NCBI GenBank assembly: GCA_964552565.1 | Contig: CAZKGL010000001.1 | Location: 435,061-499,060, forward strand | DNA length: 64,000 bases | Origin: an uncultured Gammaproteobacteria bacterium | GTDB lineage: Bacteria > Patescibacteriota > Patescibacteriia > UBA9934 | Direction of reading: 5' to 3' | Part shown: positions 26,513 through 35,932 of the stretch, piece by piece | How positions within the stretch are numbered: the first letter of the stretch is position 1 | Layout: every line of letters begins with the position of its first letter | Notes under the pieces: model-generated | Told to the model about the DNA's origin: nothing | Databases searched by the model: none | What the model saw: the letters and a program-made list of their open reading frames with translations, nothing else | Made by a program: the position numbers and the translations under genes

Positions 26513-27310
26513 CTACGACAAGACGCCAAGGTACCAGTCGAGCATCCACGGCCCGAACACCATGACGATGACCGTCGCGAGCGCCAGGAACGTCCCGAAC
26601 GGCACATGGCTATCCAGTTTGCGATGGCCGAAGGCGATGAGGATAACGCCCGCAATCGCGCCGAGGACATAGGACCAGAACAGGGCGACGATACCGAGCG
26701 GCAGGCCGAGCAAGAAGCCCATGAGCAGCCCCATGCGGATGTCGCCGCCGCCGACCCAGCGCCCCTGCGAAACGAGATACTGCACCGAGAAGAACCCACC
26801 GAGCGCAAGCCCGCCAAGGAGCAGCGACCACGTCGACGCGCCGAGCACGAGGTTCGCGAGGATGACGATGATGACCGCGGGAATGGAAAACCGGTCAGGA
26901 ATGACGGAAAACCGGAAGTCGTACAGAAAAATGATGACGAGGAAGACCGCAACGATCGCATCGCGGATAAAAAGCAGCGCGTGTTCGGTACCGGTGATGT
27001 ACGGCGGGATGCCGACGCCAAGGAAGATGCGCGCGGCGAAGAGCGCGAACAAGAGGCCCATCGCAAGTTCCACGGCGGGGTACTGCCATTCGATTGCGGA
27101 AGAACACCGGCGGCAGCGGCCCTTGAGGGCAAAGAAACTCACGACCGGGATGAGGTCGAACCACGCGAGCGGCTCGACGCACGACAAACACTTCGCCCGG
27201 CTCATGAGCGGCAGCCCCGCTTTGGTACGCAACACGGTAGCGTTGACGATGCTGCCGGTGACGACGCCGAGGACGAACGCGAGGAGCAGGTACGCGATGA
27301 TTTCCCCCAT
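26513..27310 (-). CDS. pilD: Type IV prepilin peptidase (A24 family)
   Basis: N-terminal tetra-Cys motif (CLSCVEP...CRRCSS), multi-TM architecture, conserved Asp-containing loops. Confidence 0.8.
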   Translation of the reverse strand: MGEIIAYLLLAFVLGVVTGSIVNATVLRTKAGLPLMSRAKCLSCVEPLAWFDLIPVVSFFALKGRCRRCSSAIEWQYPAVELAMGLLFALFAARIFLGVGIPPYITGTEHALLFIRDAIVAVFLVIIFLYDFRFSVIPDRFSIPAVIIVILANLVLGASTWSLLLGGLALGGFFSVQYLVSQGRWVGGGDIRMGLLMGFLLGLPLGIVALFWSYVLGAIAGVILIAFGHRKLDSHVPFGTFLALATVIVMVFGPWMLDWYLGVLS

Positions 27311-27316
27311 AGCCGG

Positions 27317-27811
27317 TTATTCAAGCGTGCCGCAGGCGCCGGGCACAAGGTTGCTCTCGGTCGCGCAGTTCGCGCCCTTCACCAAGCCGAGCACGTTGTT
27401 CTTTCCTTCGAGCTCGAATTGGATGCGGTACTGATCGCCGTCGCTCTCATAGCAGTACACGTCGCTTGTGTCGCCGCAGGACACCGCGCCCTTCAGCCCT
27501 TTCGTGGGCGGCGTGGGGACGATCTCGAGATACGCCCCGTCCGGCGCGATGCTGCAATCAAATCCGTCGTCGGAAAGGCACTGCGTCGCGCCCTGCCCGA
27601 GCGCCGTCGCCTCGTCGGCCGCCGGGTACGCGCTATGGTCGGAGAAATACGACTCGAGCGCATTTTGTAGTTCGCGGACATGCGAAAGCCGCGTCGCATC
27701 GCGGGTCCGTTCGCGCGCCGTCGACACGGCGACCGCGGAAAGCGCCCCCATGACCCCGAGCACGAGGAGCACGATCAGCACCTCAATTTTTGTCATACCC
27801 ATTTGGTTCAT
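27317..27811 (-). CDS. Type IV pilin / pseudopilin
   Basis: Prepilin leader and N-methylation site: G|MTKIE with Glu at +5, followed by a hydrophobic helix (VLIVLLVLGVMGAL); 164 aa. Confidence 0.75.
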   Translation of the reverse strand: MNQMGMTKIEVLIVLLVLGVMGALSAVAVSTARERTRDATRLSHVRELQNALESYFSDHSAYPAADEATALGQGATQCLSDDGFDCSIAPDGAYLEIVPTPPTKGLKGAVSCGDTSDVYCYESDGDQYRIQFELEGKNNVLGLVKGANCATESNLVPGACGTLE

Positions 27812-27829
27812 ACGGTTAAGCGAAGCATA

Positions 27830-28204
27830 TCACAACGAGAGCAAGCGTTTCATTTTCGCGACCGCCTCTTGCGGGACAAAATGCCCGACGAGCAGGTAGT
27901 CGCTGGCGCCGGCGAGCATCGCGTCGCGGACGCCGTGCATGTGCGCACGGCTCGCAAGGACGACGATGTGCGTCTTGAGGAGCGTTGGCAGCGCTTTGAG
28001 ACGCCGCACTTCTTTGGCGACATCCGCCACACAATCGGCTTCGAACATGAGGACCGCGGGCCGCACTTGCACCGCGCGATGCTCCGCGTCCTTCACGCGC
28101 TCGACGACCTCCACCTCCCAGCCGTCACGCTCAAACTTCCGGCCGTAGATGCCGGCAAGATACGTGTCGCATGCGGCAATCAGGATGGTCGGCCGGGGCG
28201 CCAT
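27830..28204 (-). CDS. Stand-alone response-regulator receiver domain protein (CheY-like) inside the pilus cluster
   Basis: 124 aa receiver fold (ILIAACD...LMFEAD...ALPTLLKTHIVVLAS); ATG at 28202-28204, 2 nt after the pilM stop. The listed ORF starts further upstream. Confidence 0.6.
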   Translation of the reverse strand: MAPRPTILIAACDTYLAGIYGRKFERDGWEVEVVERVKDAEHRAVQVRPAVLMFEADCVADVAKEVRRLKALPTLLKTHIVVLASRAHMHGVRDAMLAGASDYLLVGHFVPQEAVAKMKRLLSL

Positions 28205-28206
28205 AG

Positions 28207-29361
28207 CTATTCTTCGGCCGCGCGCATGGCGAGCCCGATGGCGATGCTGAACCGCGGGCCCACTTCTTCGAGCACCGGCCGGAGCGCCGCAGGCGCCGCG
28301 ATGCGCGCCCACGGGTCACCGATATAGACGTTCACGTTCAGTTCCTTGGTGAGGTATGGGTCAAGCGACGGCAGGTGCGCGCTGCCGCCGGTCACGATGA
28401 TCTTTTCCACCGTGCGGTTGTCGTGGAACGCCTGCTGCGCGTACAGCTCAAGCGCATACCGCAACTCATGCACGACCGACTCGAGCGCGTCTTTCACCAC
28501 CTTCGGCGGCTCTGTCTCGCCCGGCGAAAGCGCAAGGTCGCGCTTCATGCGCTCCGCGTCCTCGTAGCCCATGCCAAGGCTCGTCGCGAGCGCCTGCGTC
28601 ATGGCGCTGCCGCCGCCCTTCATGCTCCGCGCGAGGTACGGCACCCCTTTGTCGATGATGGAAATATTCGCCTGCGCAAACCCCATGTCCGCGACCATGA
28701 TGCGCGACTTGTCTTTGCCGACGAGCGACCGGATGAGCGCGAACACCTCGGTCTCGAGCGAGACGAGGTCGAGCTTCGCCTTCCTGAAGATGTCGACGTA
28801 CTTCTGGACGAGCGTACGCGGCGCGGCGGTCACGAGGACGCGGATGTGCTTTTTCTCCTCGGCCTTCGGTGCCTCGGGCGCTGCGGCCTCTTTTTGTTCC
28901 TGCTTCTCCTCCTTTTTCTCTTTCTTTTCCTGGCCAGCCTCCTTCGGGAGGAGTTCCTTGTCGAGCACGTTCGAGTCGACAATCATCTCCGCCATCGGGA
29001 GCGGCAGGAGCTTCGCCGTCTGCGTCTCAATCATCGCCTTCACTTCCTCCTTCGTCTTGACTTGCGGAATGACGACGATGGTTTGGAAGACCTGCGCGCT
29101 CGGCAACGCCGCGACCGCGCGGGTCGCCTTCATCCCCGAGTCTTTGATGATGGCGCGGATGAGCTCGACCGCCTTGTCGGGATTGTCGAGGAGCGACGGC
29201 GCCTCGGACGAAACCGCGGCGTACTCCGCGTAGCCGTACGTCGAAAGGCGGAGCCGCCCCTTCTCGGGGACAAGCTCGACGATCTTGATGCCGGACGGAC
29301 CGATGTCGACCCCGAGCATGCCGTCAAAGTGTTCTTCTTTCTTGCCTCCAAACAAGCCCAT
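28207..29361 (-). CDS. pilM: Type IV pilus assembly protein PilM (actin-like ATPase fold) with an internal Lys/Glu-rich insertion
   Basis: PilM N-terminal motif GVDIGPSGIKIVEL and C-terminal actin-fold motifs (IVTGGSAHLPSL); low-complexity insert KEAGQEKKEKKEEKQEQKEAAAPEAPKAEEKK. Confidence 0.8.
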   Translation of the reverse strand: MGLFGGKKEEHFDGMLGVDIGPSGIKIVELVPEKGRLRLSTYGYAEYAAVSSEAPSLLDNPDKAVELIRAIIKDSGMKATRAVAALPSAQVFQTIVVIPQVKTKEEVKAMIETQTAKLLPLPMAEMIVDSNVLDKELLPKEAGQEKKEKKEEKQEQKEAAAPEAPKAEEKKHIRVLVTAAPRTLVQKYVDIFRKAKLDLVSLETEVFALIRSLVGKDKSRIMVADMGFAQANISIIDKGVPYLARSMKGGGSAMTQALATSLGMGYEDAERMKRDLALSPGETEPPKVVKDALESVVHELRYALELYAQQAFHDNRTVEKIIVTGGSAHLPSLDPYLTKELNVNVYIGDPWARIAAPAALRPVLEEVGPRFSIAIGLAMRAAEE

Positions 29362-29376
29362 AGTAGGAAAATGATA

Positions 29377-29802
29377 TCACAGCCCAAGAGCCGCATCGAT
29401 GGTCTTATTCACCATGGCGTCCGCGTCTTTGTTGAACTCCCGGCGCACGTGGCGGAAGGAAATCGTCCGGAAATGCGGTTTGAGGTTGTACACATCCACA
29501 AAGAGGCGCGCAAGCTCCGGGTTCTTGACCTTGTACTCGCCGTTCAGCTGCTTGACCGCGAGCTCGGAGTCCAAACAGACATCGAGCGACTGCACGCCAA
29601 GCTCGTGCGCCTTTCGGAGTCCGATGATGATTCCCGTGTACTCCGCGACGTTGTTCGTCGCATGGGGCAAATACTCGCCCACTTCCGCAAGCCGTTCACC
29701 GACGTTGCCATCCCCGTCGAGCGCAAACAAGACCGCGCCGCCCGCCGCAGGCCCCGGATTCCCTCTTGCCCCGCCATCGGCATACATTCGTGCCCGCTTC
29801 AT
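29377..29802 (-). CDS. rnhA: Ribonuclease HI
   Basis: 141 aa; RNase H fold with catalytic D/E positions (YADGGARGNPGPAAGG...EYTGIIIGL...); its start overlaps the recJ stop (ATGA). Confidence 0.8.
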   Translation of the reverse strand: MKRARMYADGGARGNPGPAAGGAVLFALDGDGNVGERLAEVGEYLPHATNNVAEYTGIIIGLRKAHELGVQSLDVCLDSELAVKQLNGEYKVKNPELARLFVDVYNLKPHFRTISFRHVRREFNKDADAMVNKTIDAALGL

Positions 29803-31559
29803 ACGCGCAAATCAACAATCCGGAGTTGCAACTCACGGCGCCCGTTCCATATATTTACCTCCAGAGTATACGCGACATCGACGCGGTCGCCCATATGGAG
29901 GCGCGCTGCCCATTCGCCGAAGCCAAAGCCGACGAGCTTCCGCGCCTGTCCCGCGCCGTCAAGCGCCGACAACCGCAGGTGGTTCGCCCTGTTCCCCATC
30001 GTTTCGGCCGCAAGAACGCTGACGCCGCACGCGGCAAATATCGGCGCGCGGTTCCCTTCGCCAAACGGCGCGCACCGCGCGACGTCGCCGAGCAACTCCC
30101 ATGTCGCGTGCTCGAGCGGCAGCTCGACGTCGATCGGGAGCGTCTGCGCCGGTCGCGGCCCGCCAAAGAACGTGCGGGCAAACTCCCCGATGCGGGCTTG
30201 GAAGTCCCGGACCAACGACTCGTCCGCGATAGTGAGGCCGCACGCCTGCGGGTGCCCGCCTTTTCTGACGAACATATCGCCGCACGCGTTCATGGCTTCA
30301 ACCAAATGCAAGCCGCCGACGCTCCGCCCGCTGCCCACGTACTGGCCGCCGACGCGGGCGAATGCGAACGCCGGTACCCCGTAGTCGCCGACAAGACGCC
30401 CGGCGATGAGCCCGACGATGCCGGGAAGCCAATCGTCCTTCCACACCACGAGCACAGGAGCAGCCTCAGCAGCGTCGACCATCGCCCGCGCCTCGTCGTA
30501 TGCCTTTGCGAACATTCCCTGCCGTTCACGGTTCAGCGTCTCGAGCGTCGCCGCGGCGCGCTGTGCGGCAACCATGTCGTCTGCAGCAAGCGCGTCGAAC
30601 GCATGCGACGCCGACGTAAGACGTCCGGCGGCGTTCAACCGCGGGCCGATGCGGAAGCCGATCGTCTCCGTGTCGATGGTATCGAGGTCGACGCCTGCGG
30701 AGGCGAGGATGGCGAGCAGTCCCGGACGTTTTGTCTTGCGCAGCACGGTGAGCCCGAAATGTTCGAGGACGCGGTTCTCGCCGAGGAGCGGCATGACGTC
30801 CGTGACGGTCGCGACCGCAACAAGGTCGAGCATCCACTTTTCGTAGCCGACCGGGAATGCCGCGCCGCGTTTCCGCGCTTCGTCGAAGAGCGCACTCGCG
30901 AGTTTGAACGCGACGCCGGTACCGCACAACACTTTGTTCGGGTACTCCTCGCCCGGCGCGAGGGGATGCAACATGATCGCATGCGCGGGAAGGCGATCTC
31001 CCAACTGGTGGTGGTCGCAAATAACGACGTCAACGCCGAGCTCGTGGGCATGGTCGAGCTGGTCCGCGTTCGCAATACCGCAATCGACGGTAAGCAGCAG
31101 CTTCGTGCCCTCGGCCGCCAGCCGCTCCACCGTGTGCATGGCGACGCCGTAGCCGTCCTTCTCCCGGTCGGGCAGGAATACTCCCAGCCGGCCTGCGGGG
31201 AGGCCGGCGATGTACTGTTGATAGGCGGGGTCCCCGCACCCCGCCATTTTTTTAGCAATGTCTTGGAGCGCGCCGTACAGGAGCGCGCTCCCCGACACGC
31301 CGTCGGCGTCATAATCGCCGTGGATCATGATACGCTCGCCGTTTGCAAGCGCGGCGAAGACGCGGTCGACCGCGTGCCGCATCTTCGTGAACAGCCACGG
31401 CGAATGCGTCCCGCGTTCCCAGTCGGGCGATAAGAACGCCGCGCCGTCGTCCGGGCGGACACCGCGGTTCGCAAGCAGTTGCCGAACAATATCGTCCTCC
31501 ACGCGGGGGGCGATGACCCATTGCCGTTCCATGAAGCTGTCGTTACGTCGCGCCTCCAC
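29799..31559 (-). CDS. recJ: Single-stranded-DNA-specific exonuclease RecJ (DHH family)
   Basis: DHH motifs (IHGDYDADGVSG, DHH..., GGGH); start is either GTG at 31559 or ATG at 31532; contains an in-frame family-2 repeat at 31187-31245. Confidence 0.85.
   Translation of the reverse strand: MEARRNDSFMERQWVIAPRVEDDIVRQLLANRGVRPDDGAAFLSPDWERGTHSPWLFTKMRHAVDRVFAALANGERIMIHGDYDADGVSGSALLYGALQDIAKKMAGCGDPAYQQYIAGLPAGRLGVFLPDREKDGYGVAMHTVERLAAEGTKLLLTVDCGIANADQLDHAHELGVDVVICDHHQLGDRLPAHAIMLHPLAPGEEYPNKVLCGTGVAFKLASALFDEARKRGAAFPVGYEKWMLDLVAVATVTDVMPLLGENRVLEHFGLTVLRKTKRPGLLAILASAGVDLDTIDTETIGFRIGPRLNAAGRLTSASHAFDALAADDMVAAQRAAATLETLNRERQGMFAKAYDEARAMVDAAEAAPVLVVWKDDWLPGIVGLIAGRLVGDYGVPAFAFARVGGQYVGSGRSVGGLHLVEAMNACGDMFVRKGGHPQACGLTIADESLVRDFQARIGEFARTFFGGPRPAQTLPIDVELPLEHATWELLGDVARCAPFGEGNRAPIFAACGVSVLAAETMGNRANHLRLSALDGAGQARKLVGFGFGEWAARLHMGDRVDVAYTLEVNIWNGRRELQLRIVDLRV
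31187..31245. repeat. GC-rich double-hairpin repeat (family 2, in-frame copy within recJ; module order B then A)
   Basis: GCCGGCCTGCGGGGAGGCCGGC ... GGCGGGGTCCCCGCACCCCGCC; translated within RecJ as MAGCGDPAYQQYIAGLPAGR. Confidence 0.6.
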
Positions 31560-32019
31560 GAAGACGCGTCGTCACCACACCTTCCTAAAACCCATACGAT
31601 CCCATGGCGAGGATCATGGACACGATGACCAGCAGGGCGACGACCGCCCATGCTTTGCGCGACGCTTCGGAGCGTTTCATACGCTCCCATTCTAGCAGAG
31701 TGGCTTCCCGATTCATCCACACCCTTGCCCGTTTTTGCGGGCTCATCTATAGTGACCCCGCCACGCCCGTGACGCACGCGCTCCATAGCGGGGCTCGGTG
31801 CTCCGGGTACCACGTTCACCCTCAGGAACATTGTCGTGCAAGGACTGGCCTGTCCCATGCGAGCCACCCTCCATGAGAAGCATCGGTTTGTTCGAGCATA
31901 CATCGGTCAACTCCGGCTCGCGCACCGCAATCGACATGAGGCCCTTGATCGCCGTCCGGGAGGAGCGGCGATCTTGCCTTTTTCTGCACTGTCATTATCC
32001 TTATTGCCGGAGGGAAGAA

Positions 32020-32397
32020 ATGACGACATCACCTGCGCTTACGCTCGAAGAGCTCCGCGGCCGGTTTCCGGACAGCGGACGCTGGTACGTCGATGGCTGC
32101 ACGCCGTTCGCCGGCGACGTCGAGGCGATCATCGAGGATGACGGCGGCTTCTACGTCCGCATCCAGCCGACGCACGACCTCGCGCCGGACGGCGACCCGG
32201 TCATCTGCCGCCTGCACTGGGACGACGGCTACCACCTGAGCGCGAAGGCGTTCGGCACGCTGCCCGACCCCGCGCAGCGCCGCATCGCCGCCGCGCTCCA
32301 GACGGAGTTCGATGCGCCCGCGAAAGACGATGACGACGACCCGCGGTGGAAGGCGTCCTACTTCCGTCGCAACCCCGACGAAGACGAGGACCGCTGA
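32020..32397 (+). CDS. Hypothetical acidic protein (125 aa)
   Basis: ATG at 32020 preceded by GGAGGGAAGAA; acidic C-terminus (DDDDDPRW...DEDEDR). Confidence 0.45.
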   Translation: MTTSPALTLEELRGRFPDSGRWYVDGCTPFAGDVEAIIEDDGGFYVRIQPTHDLAPDGDPVICRLHWDDGYHLSAKAFGTLPDPAQRRIAAALQTEFDAPAKDDDDDPRWKASYFRRNPDEDEDR

Positions 32398-33020
32398 TGC
32401 CCGGGCCCGAACTCCTGGCGTGGGATCCCGAGGCGCTCACGCGCGGCGACGAGGTGCGGCTCACCGACGCCGATGACGAGGAGGAAGTGTTCTTCTTCGT
32501 CACGAAGGTCACCGAGCACGATCGCGAATACTACTTCTTCGTCGACGGGCCGGAAGACGACGAAGATTCGCTCATGTACATCTTCGTCCTGGAAGAGGTC
32601 GACGAGGGGCAGACGCTCACCGACAACATCGACGCGGTGACGATCGACCGGCTCATGCGCTGGCTGCACGCGCAGTTCGACCAGGATGCGCGGCTTCGGA
32701 CGTCGGCGGCGGCTCCGCGCATCTTCCCGAACCACGTCGAGCTCGAGGATGCAGGGTCCCCGATCGTCGCGTCCGCCCTCTGCCAGGTCGAGATCGACAT
32801 GCGCACCTACGTCTTCTTCCGTGCCGTCGAACCGTTCGAAGGCGCGAGCGAAGGCGGGCTCATGCTCATGACCTTCTACGTCCTCGAAGCGACGAAGACC
32901 AAGGCGGGCATCATCTGGGAGCCCGTCGATGAGGAGGATCGGCTGATGGCGAACGAGCGGATGGCCGAACTGCACGGCGACGCGCCGGATGAGGCCGAAC
33001 CGTCGTACGACGACGCGTGA
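32397..33020 (+). CDS. Hypothetical acidic protein (207 aa)
   Basis: ATG overlaps the upstream stop (TGATG); D/E-rich; motif EEVFFFVTKVTEHDREYYFFVD resembles the upstream protein (GFYVRIQPTHDL), suggesting a paralogous pair. Confidence 0.45.
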   Translation: MPGPELLAWDPEALTRGDEVRLTDADDEEEVFFFVTKVTEHDREYYFFVDGPEDDEDSLMYIFVLEEVDEGQTLTDNIDAVTIDRLMRWLHAQFDQDARLRTSAAAPRIFPNHVELEDAGSPIVASALCQVEIDMRTYVFFRAVEPFEGASEGGLMLMTFYVLEATKTKAGIIWEPVDEEDRLMANERMAELHGDAPDEAEPSYDDA

Positions 33021-33115
33021 CATGCACACTCAGGGCGGACCGCGCGATCGCGGCCCGCCCTGGAACTTTTTTTATGGTTCAGCGAGGCTGCCGCGTATGG
33101 CCGCCTTGTCCATTT

Positions 33116-33124
33116 TGTTATACT
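33116..33124 (+). promoter_or_regulatory. Extended -10 element TGTTATACT 9 nt upstream of the ATG at 33133 (predicts a leaderless mRNA)
   Basis: Same TGNTATACT motif as at 7569, 10073, 15768, 25265 and 47259. Confidence 0.45.
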
Positions 33125-33132
33125 GGGCAGGT

Positions 33133-34056
33133 ATGCTCGAGCATGAGGACCACGGCGGGTCGCCAGATTGGACGGCTCCGCAAGAGGCTCGCGAAAAGAA
33201 ACCGTTCGCCCCGGAAGACGGCGGGCAGTATTCGATTGAGGATCCGAACGTTCCGGAACGCTTGAAGCGCGAAGCGACGGAGAAGGCGCTCGGCGCGTGG
33301 CGGAAGCTGCTTGCGGACGTTCCCGACTACGTCGTGTTCGCGAGTACCGCGATGTACCTGCACGGCACCGAGCACGGGATCGACGAGCTCGACGTGCCTC
33401 CGGGGGATTTTGACGTCGCGGTGATGAACAAACAGACGCTCGCCCGTCTTGCGGAACGTTTTGGCAACGTCGACGAGATCACGCTCGACCACGACGGCCA
33501 ACCGCGCCGGTTCGTGGGAGAGGACAGCATGCGCATGAGCGGTACGCTCGCCATCCCGATGGAGTCGGACGGCAAGGAGTTCACGCTCTTGCAGCCGTTC
33601 GAGTTCTACTATAACTCGGTCATCGTCACGCCGCGCGTCCTGCGCACCATCGAGCACGCGCGGGGATTCCGCGTCCTTGGCATGGAAGGACTGCAAGCGC
33701 AGTACGGCAACAACCTCAAACGGGAACTGCAACAGCAGGACGTCATCGACGGCAAGTTCGCGTTCCTCATGGAACACAAAGACGAGCTCGCCGCCGAACT
33801 CGCCCGGCGCGCCAACCACGCCGACGAGGTGCCGCTCGTCCCGTCGCGCCGGTATGCGGAGATTGCGCAGGCGGCCGGGCTCACCCCCGGACAACTCGAA
33901 TCGTTTTTTACGCACGCAGAGGGGCTCGGCGACGCCGACACCCGCATCGCCGCCGAGAAAGCGATCGCAACGCTCCTCAGCGGAAGCAAAACCAAGGTCG
34001 CGAAACGGTGGCACAACGTCGAGCAATTGCAGGACCTTCAGCGCCTTGAGACGTAA
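33133..34056 (+). CDS. Hypothetical protein (307 aa)
   Basis: ATG at 33133; the listed ORF starts upstream at 32989 and overlaps the promoter motif; no confident family. Confidence 0.5.
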   Translation: MLEHEDHGGSPDWTAPQEAREKKPFAPEDGGQYSIEDPNVPERLKREATEKALGAWRKLLADVPDYVVFASTAMYLHGTEHGIDELDVPPGDFDVAVMNKQTLARLAERFGNVDEITLDHDGQPRRFVGEDSMRMSGTLAIPMESDGKEFTLLQPFEFYYNSVIVTPRVLRTIEHARGFRVLGMEGLQAQYGNNLKRELQQQDVIDGKFAFLMEHKDELAAELARRANHADEVPLVPSRRYAEIAQAAGLTPGQLESFFTHAEGLGDADTRIAAEKAIATLLSGSKTKVAKRWHNVEQLQDLQRLET

Positions 34057-34083
34057 CACGACGGGCCCGCGGGCCCGTCGTGT
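34056..34083. terminator. 28-bp perfect palindrome between convergent genes (33133-34056 + and lepA -); bidirectional terminator-like
   Basis: ACACGACGGGCCCGCGGGCCCGTCGTGT. Confidence 0.55.
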
Positions 34084-35873
34084 TATCGTTTGAGCACTTT
34101 GAGATACGCTTCGCTCGGGATACTCACTTTGCCGACGCCCATTTCGAGCATCTTCTTCTTTCCCTTCTTCTGCTTCTCGAGGAGTTTCATCTTGCGCGTC
34201 ACGTCGCCGCCGTACAACGCGCCAGTAACGTCTTTGCGCATCGCGCTGATGCGTTCGCCGGCGACGACCTTCCCGCCGATCGCGGCCTGCAGCTTGATGA
34301 CGAACTGCTGCTTGGGAATCTCGTCCTTCAAGATTTCGAGCACGCGGCGCCCGACGCGCTCGGCTTCGTCGCGGTACACGAGCGTCGCGAACGCGTCGAC
34401 CGGGTCCTCAGCAACGAGGATGTCGAGTTTCACGACATCTGCCTCGCGGTACGCAAAGACCTCATACCCCATCGAAGCGTACCCGCTGGAAATGCTTTTC
34501 AGCTTGTCGTTGAAGTCCACGATGATCGCCGAAAGCGGGAGCTCGTAGTGCAGCACTGCGCGGCCTTCGGACAGGTACTCCGTGTTCTTGTAGATGCCGC
34601 GCCGCTCCTGGCAGAGGCCCATGATGCCGCCGATGTCGTCGGGGCGCGCGATGATGTCGACCTTCGCCCACGGCTCCTCAATCGTATCGATGAAACTCGG
34701 GTCCGGCAGGTCGAGCGCGCTCTTGATGACCTCGTACTCCGTACTGCCGCTGCGGTAGATGCGGTACGCCACGGACGGCAGCGTCACGACGAGCTCGATG
34801 CGGAACTCGCGCGACAGGCGCTCCTTGAGGATTTCAAGGTGAAGCATGCCGAGGAAGCCGCAGCGGAAACCGTAGCCGAGCGCGGGTGAATGTTCCGGCT
34901 CGTACACGAGCGCCGCGTCGTTCAGCTTGAGGCGGTCCATCGCCTCGCGCAGCTGTTGGTACTCGTCGCCGGACGCCGGGAAGATGCCGGCGAACACCAT
35001 CGGCCGTACCTCGCGGTAGCCCTCGAGCACGACCGTGCTCGGGTTGTTGGCAAGCGTGATCGTGTCGCCGACGCGGCAGGCGCGGATGTCCTTGAGGCCG
35101 GTGACGATGTAGCCGATCTGCCCGGTCTCGAGCTCGTCCATCGCCGCGAACTTCGGCTTCAGCGCGCCGAGCTCGAGCACTTCGCCGTCCGCCAGCGTCG
35201 CCATCATCTTCAGCCGGTCGCGTTTACGGAAGGCGCCGTCGACGACGCGGACATACGCGACGACGCCTTTGTAGTCGTCGTATGCCGAATCGAAGATGAG
35301 TGCGCGCGGCGGGGCGGCGGCGTCGCCCTTCGGCGACGGAATGCGCGCGACGATCGCATCGAGCAACTCCATGACGCCTTCGCCGGTCTTGCCGGAGACG
35401 CACAAAATATCCTCGCGGCGGCACCCGATGAGCTTCATGAGTTCTTCCGCCCGCTTCGGGACGTCCGCGGCCGGAAGGTCGATCTTGTTCAAGACGGGGA
35501 TAATCGTCAGGTTCTCTTCAATGGCCAGGTACAGGTTGGCGATGGTCTGCGCCTGTACGCCCTGCGTCGCGTCGACAAGCAATACCGCGCCGTCCACCGC
35601 GGCGAGCGAACGGGAGACTTCGTAGTTGAAGTCGATGTGGCCCGGCGTGTCGATGAGGTTGAGCGTCGTCCCCCGCCATTCCATGCGGGCCGGAGCGAGC
35701 TTGATGGTGATACCGCGCTCCCGCTCGATATCCATGCTGTCGAGAAGCTGATCTTTCATCTGCCGTTTGTCGACCGTGCCGGTAACTTCAAGCAACCGGT
35801 CGGAAAGCGTGCTTTTTCCGTGGTCGATGTGGGCAATGATGCAGAAATTGCGAATGCGCTCCTGGGAAACCAT
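34083..35873 (-). CDS. lepA: Elongation factor 4 (LepA)
   Basis: N-terminal GTPase motifs (AHIDHGKST, DTPGH, NKID) and the LepA-specific C-terminal domain; 596 aa. Confidence 0.9.
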   Translation of the reverse strand: MVSQERIRNFCIIAHIDHGKSTLSDRLLEVTGTVDKRQMKDQLLDSMDIERERGITIKLAPARMEWRGTTLNLIDTPGHIDFNYEVSRSLAAVDGAVLLVDATQGVQAQTIANLYLAIEENLTIIPVLNKIDLPAADVPKRAEELMKLIGCRREDILCVSGKTGEGVMELLDAIVARIPSPKGDAAAPPRALIFDSAYDDYKGVVAYVRVVDGAFRKRDRLKMMATLADGEVLELGALKPKFAAMDELETGQIGYIVTGLKDIRACRVGDTITLANNPSTVVLEGYREVRPMVFAGIFPASGDEYQQLREAMDRLKLNDAALVYEPEHSPALGYGFRCGFLGMLHLEILKERLSREFRIELVVTLPSVAYRIYRSGSTEYEVIKSALDLPDPSFIDTIEEPWAKVDIIARPDDIGGIMGLCQERRGIYKNTEYLSEGRAVLHYELPLSAIIVDFNDKLKSISSGYASMGYEVFAYREADVVKLDILVAEDPVDAFATLVYRDEAERVGRRVLEILKDEIPKQQFVIKLQAAIGGKVVAGERISAMRKDVTGALYGGDVTRKMKLLEKQKKGKKKMLEMGVGKVSIPSEAYLKVLKR

Positions 35874-35932
35874 ACGTTGGCCGGAATGATAGCAGAAAAT
35901 GCCATTTTTTCGCTAGTTTTCCACCTTTTCGC

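Noticed and set aside
29766-31433. 555-aa + strand ORF across recJ
   Set aside because: Antisense to recJ (DHH motifs on the minus strand).
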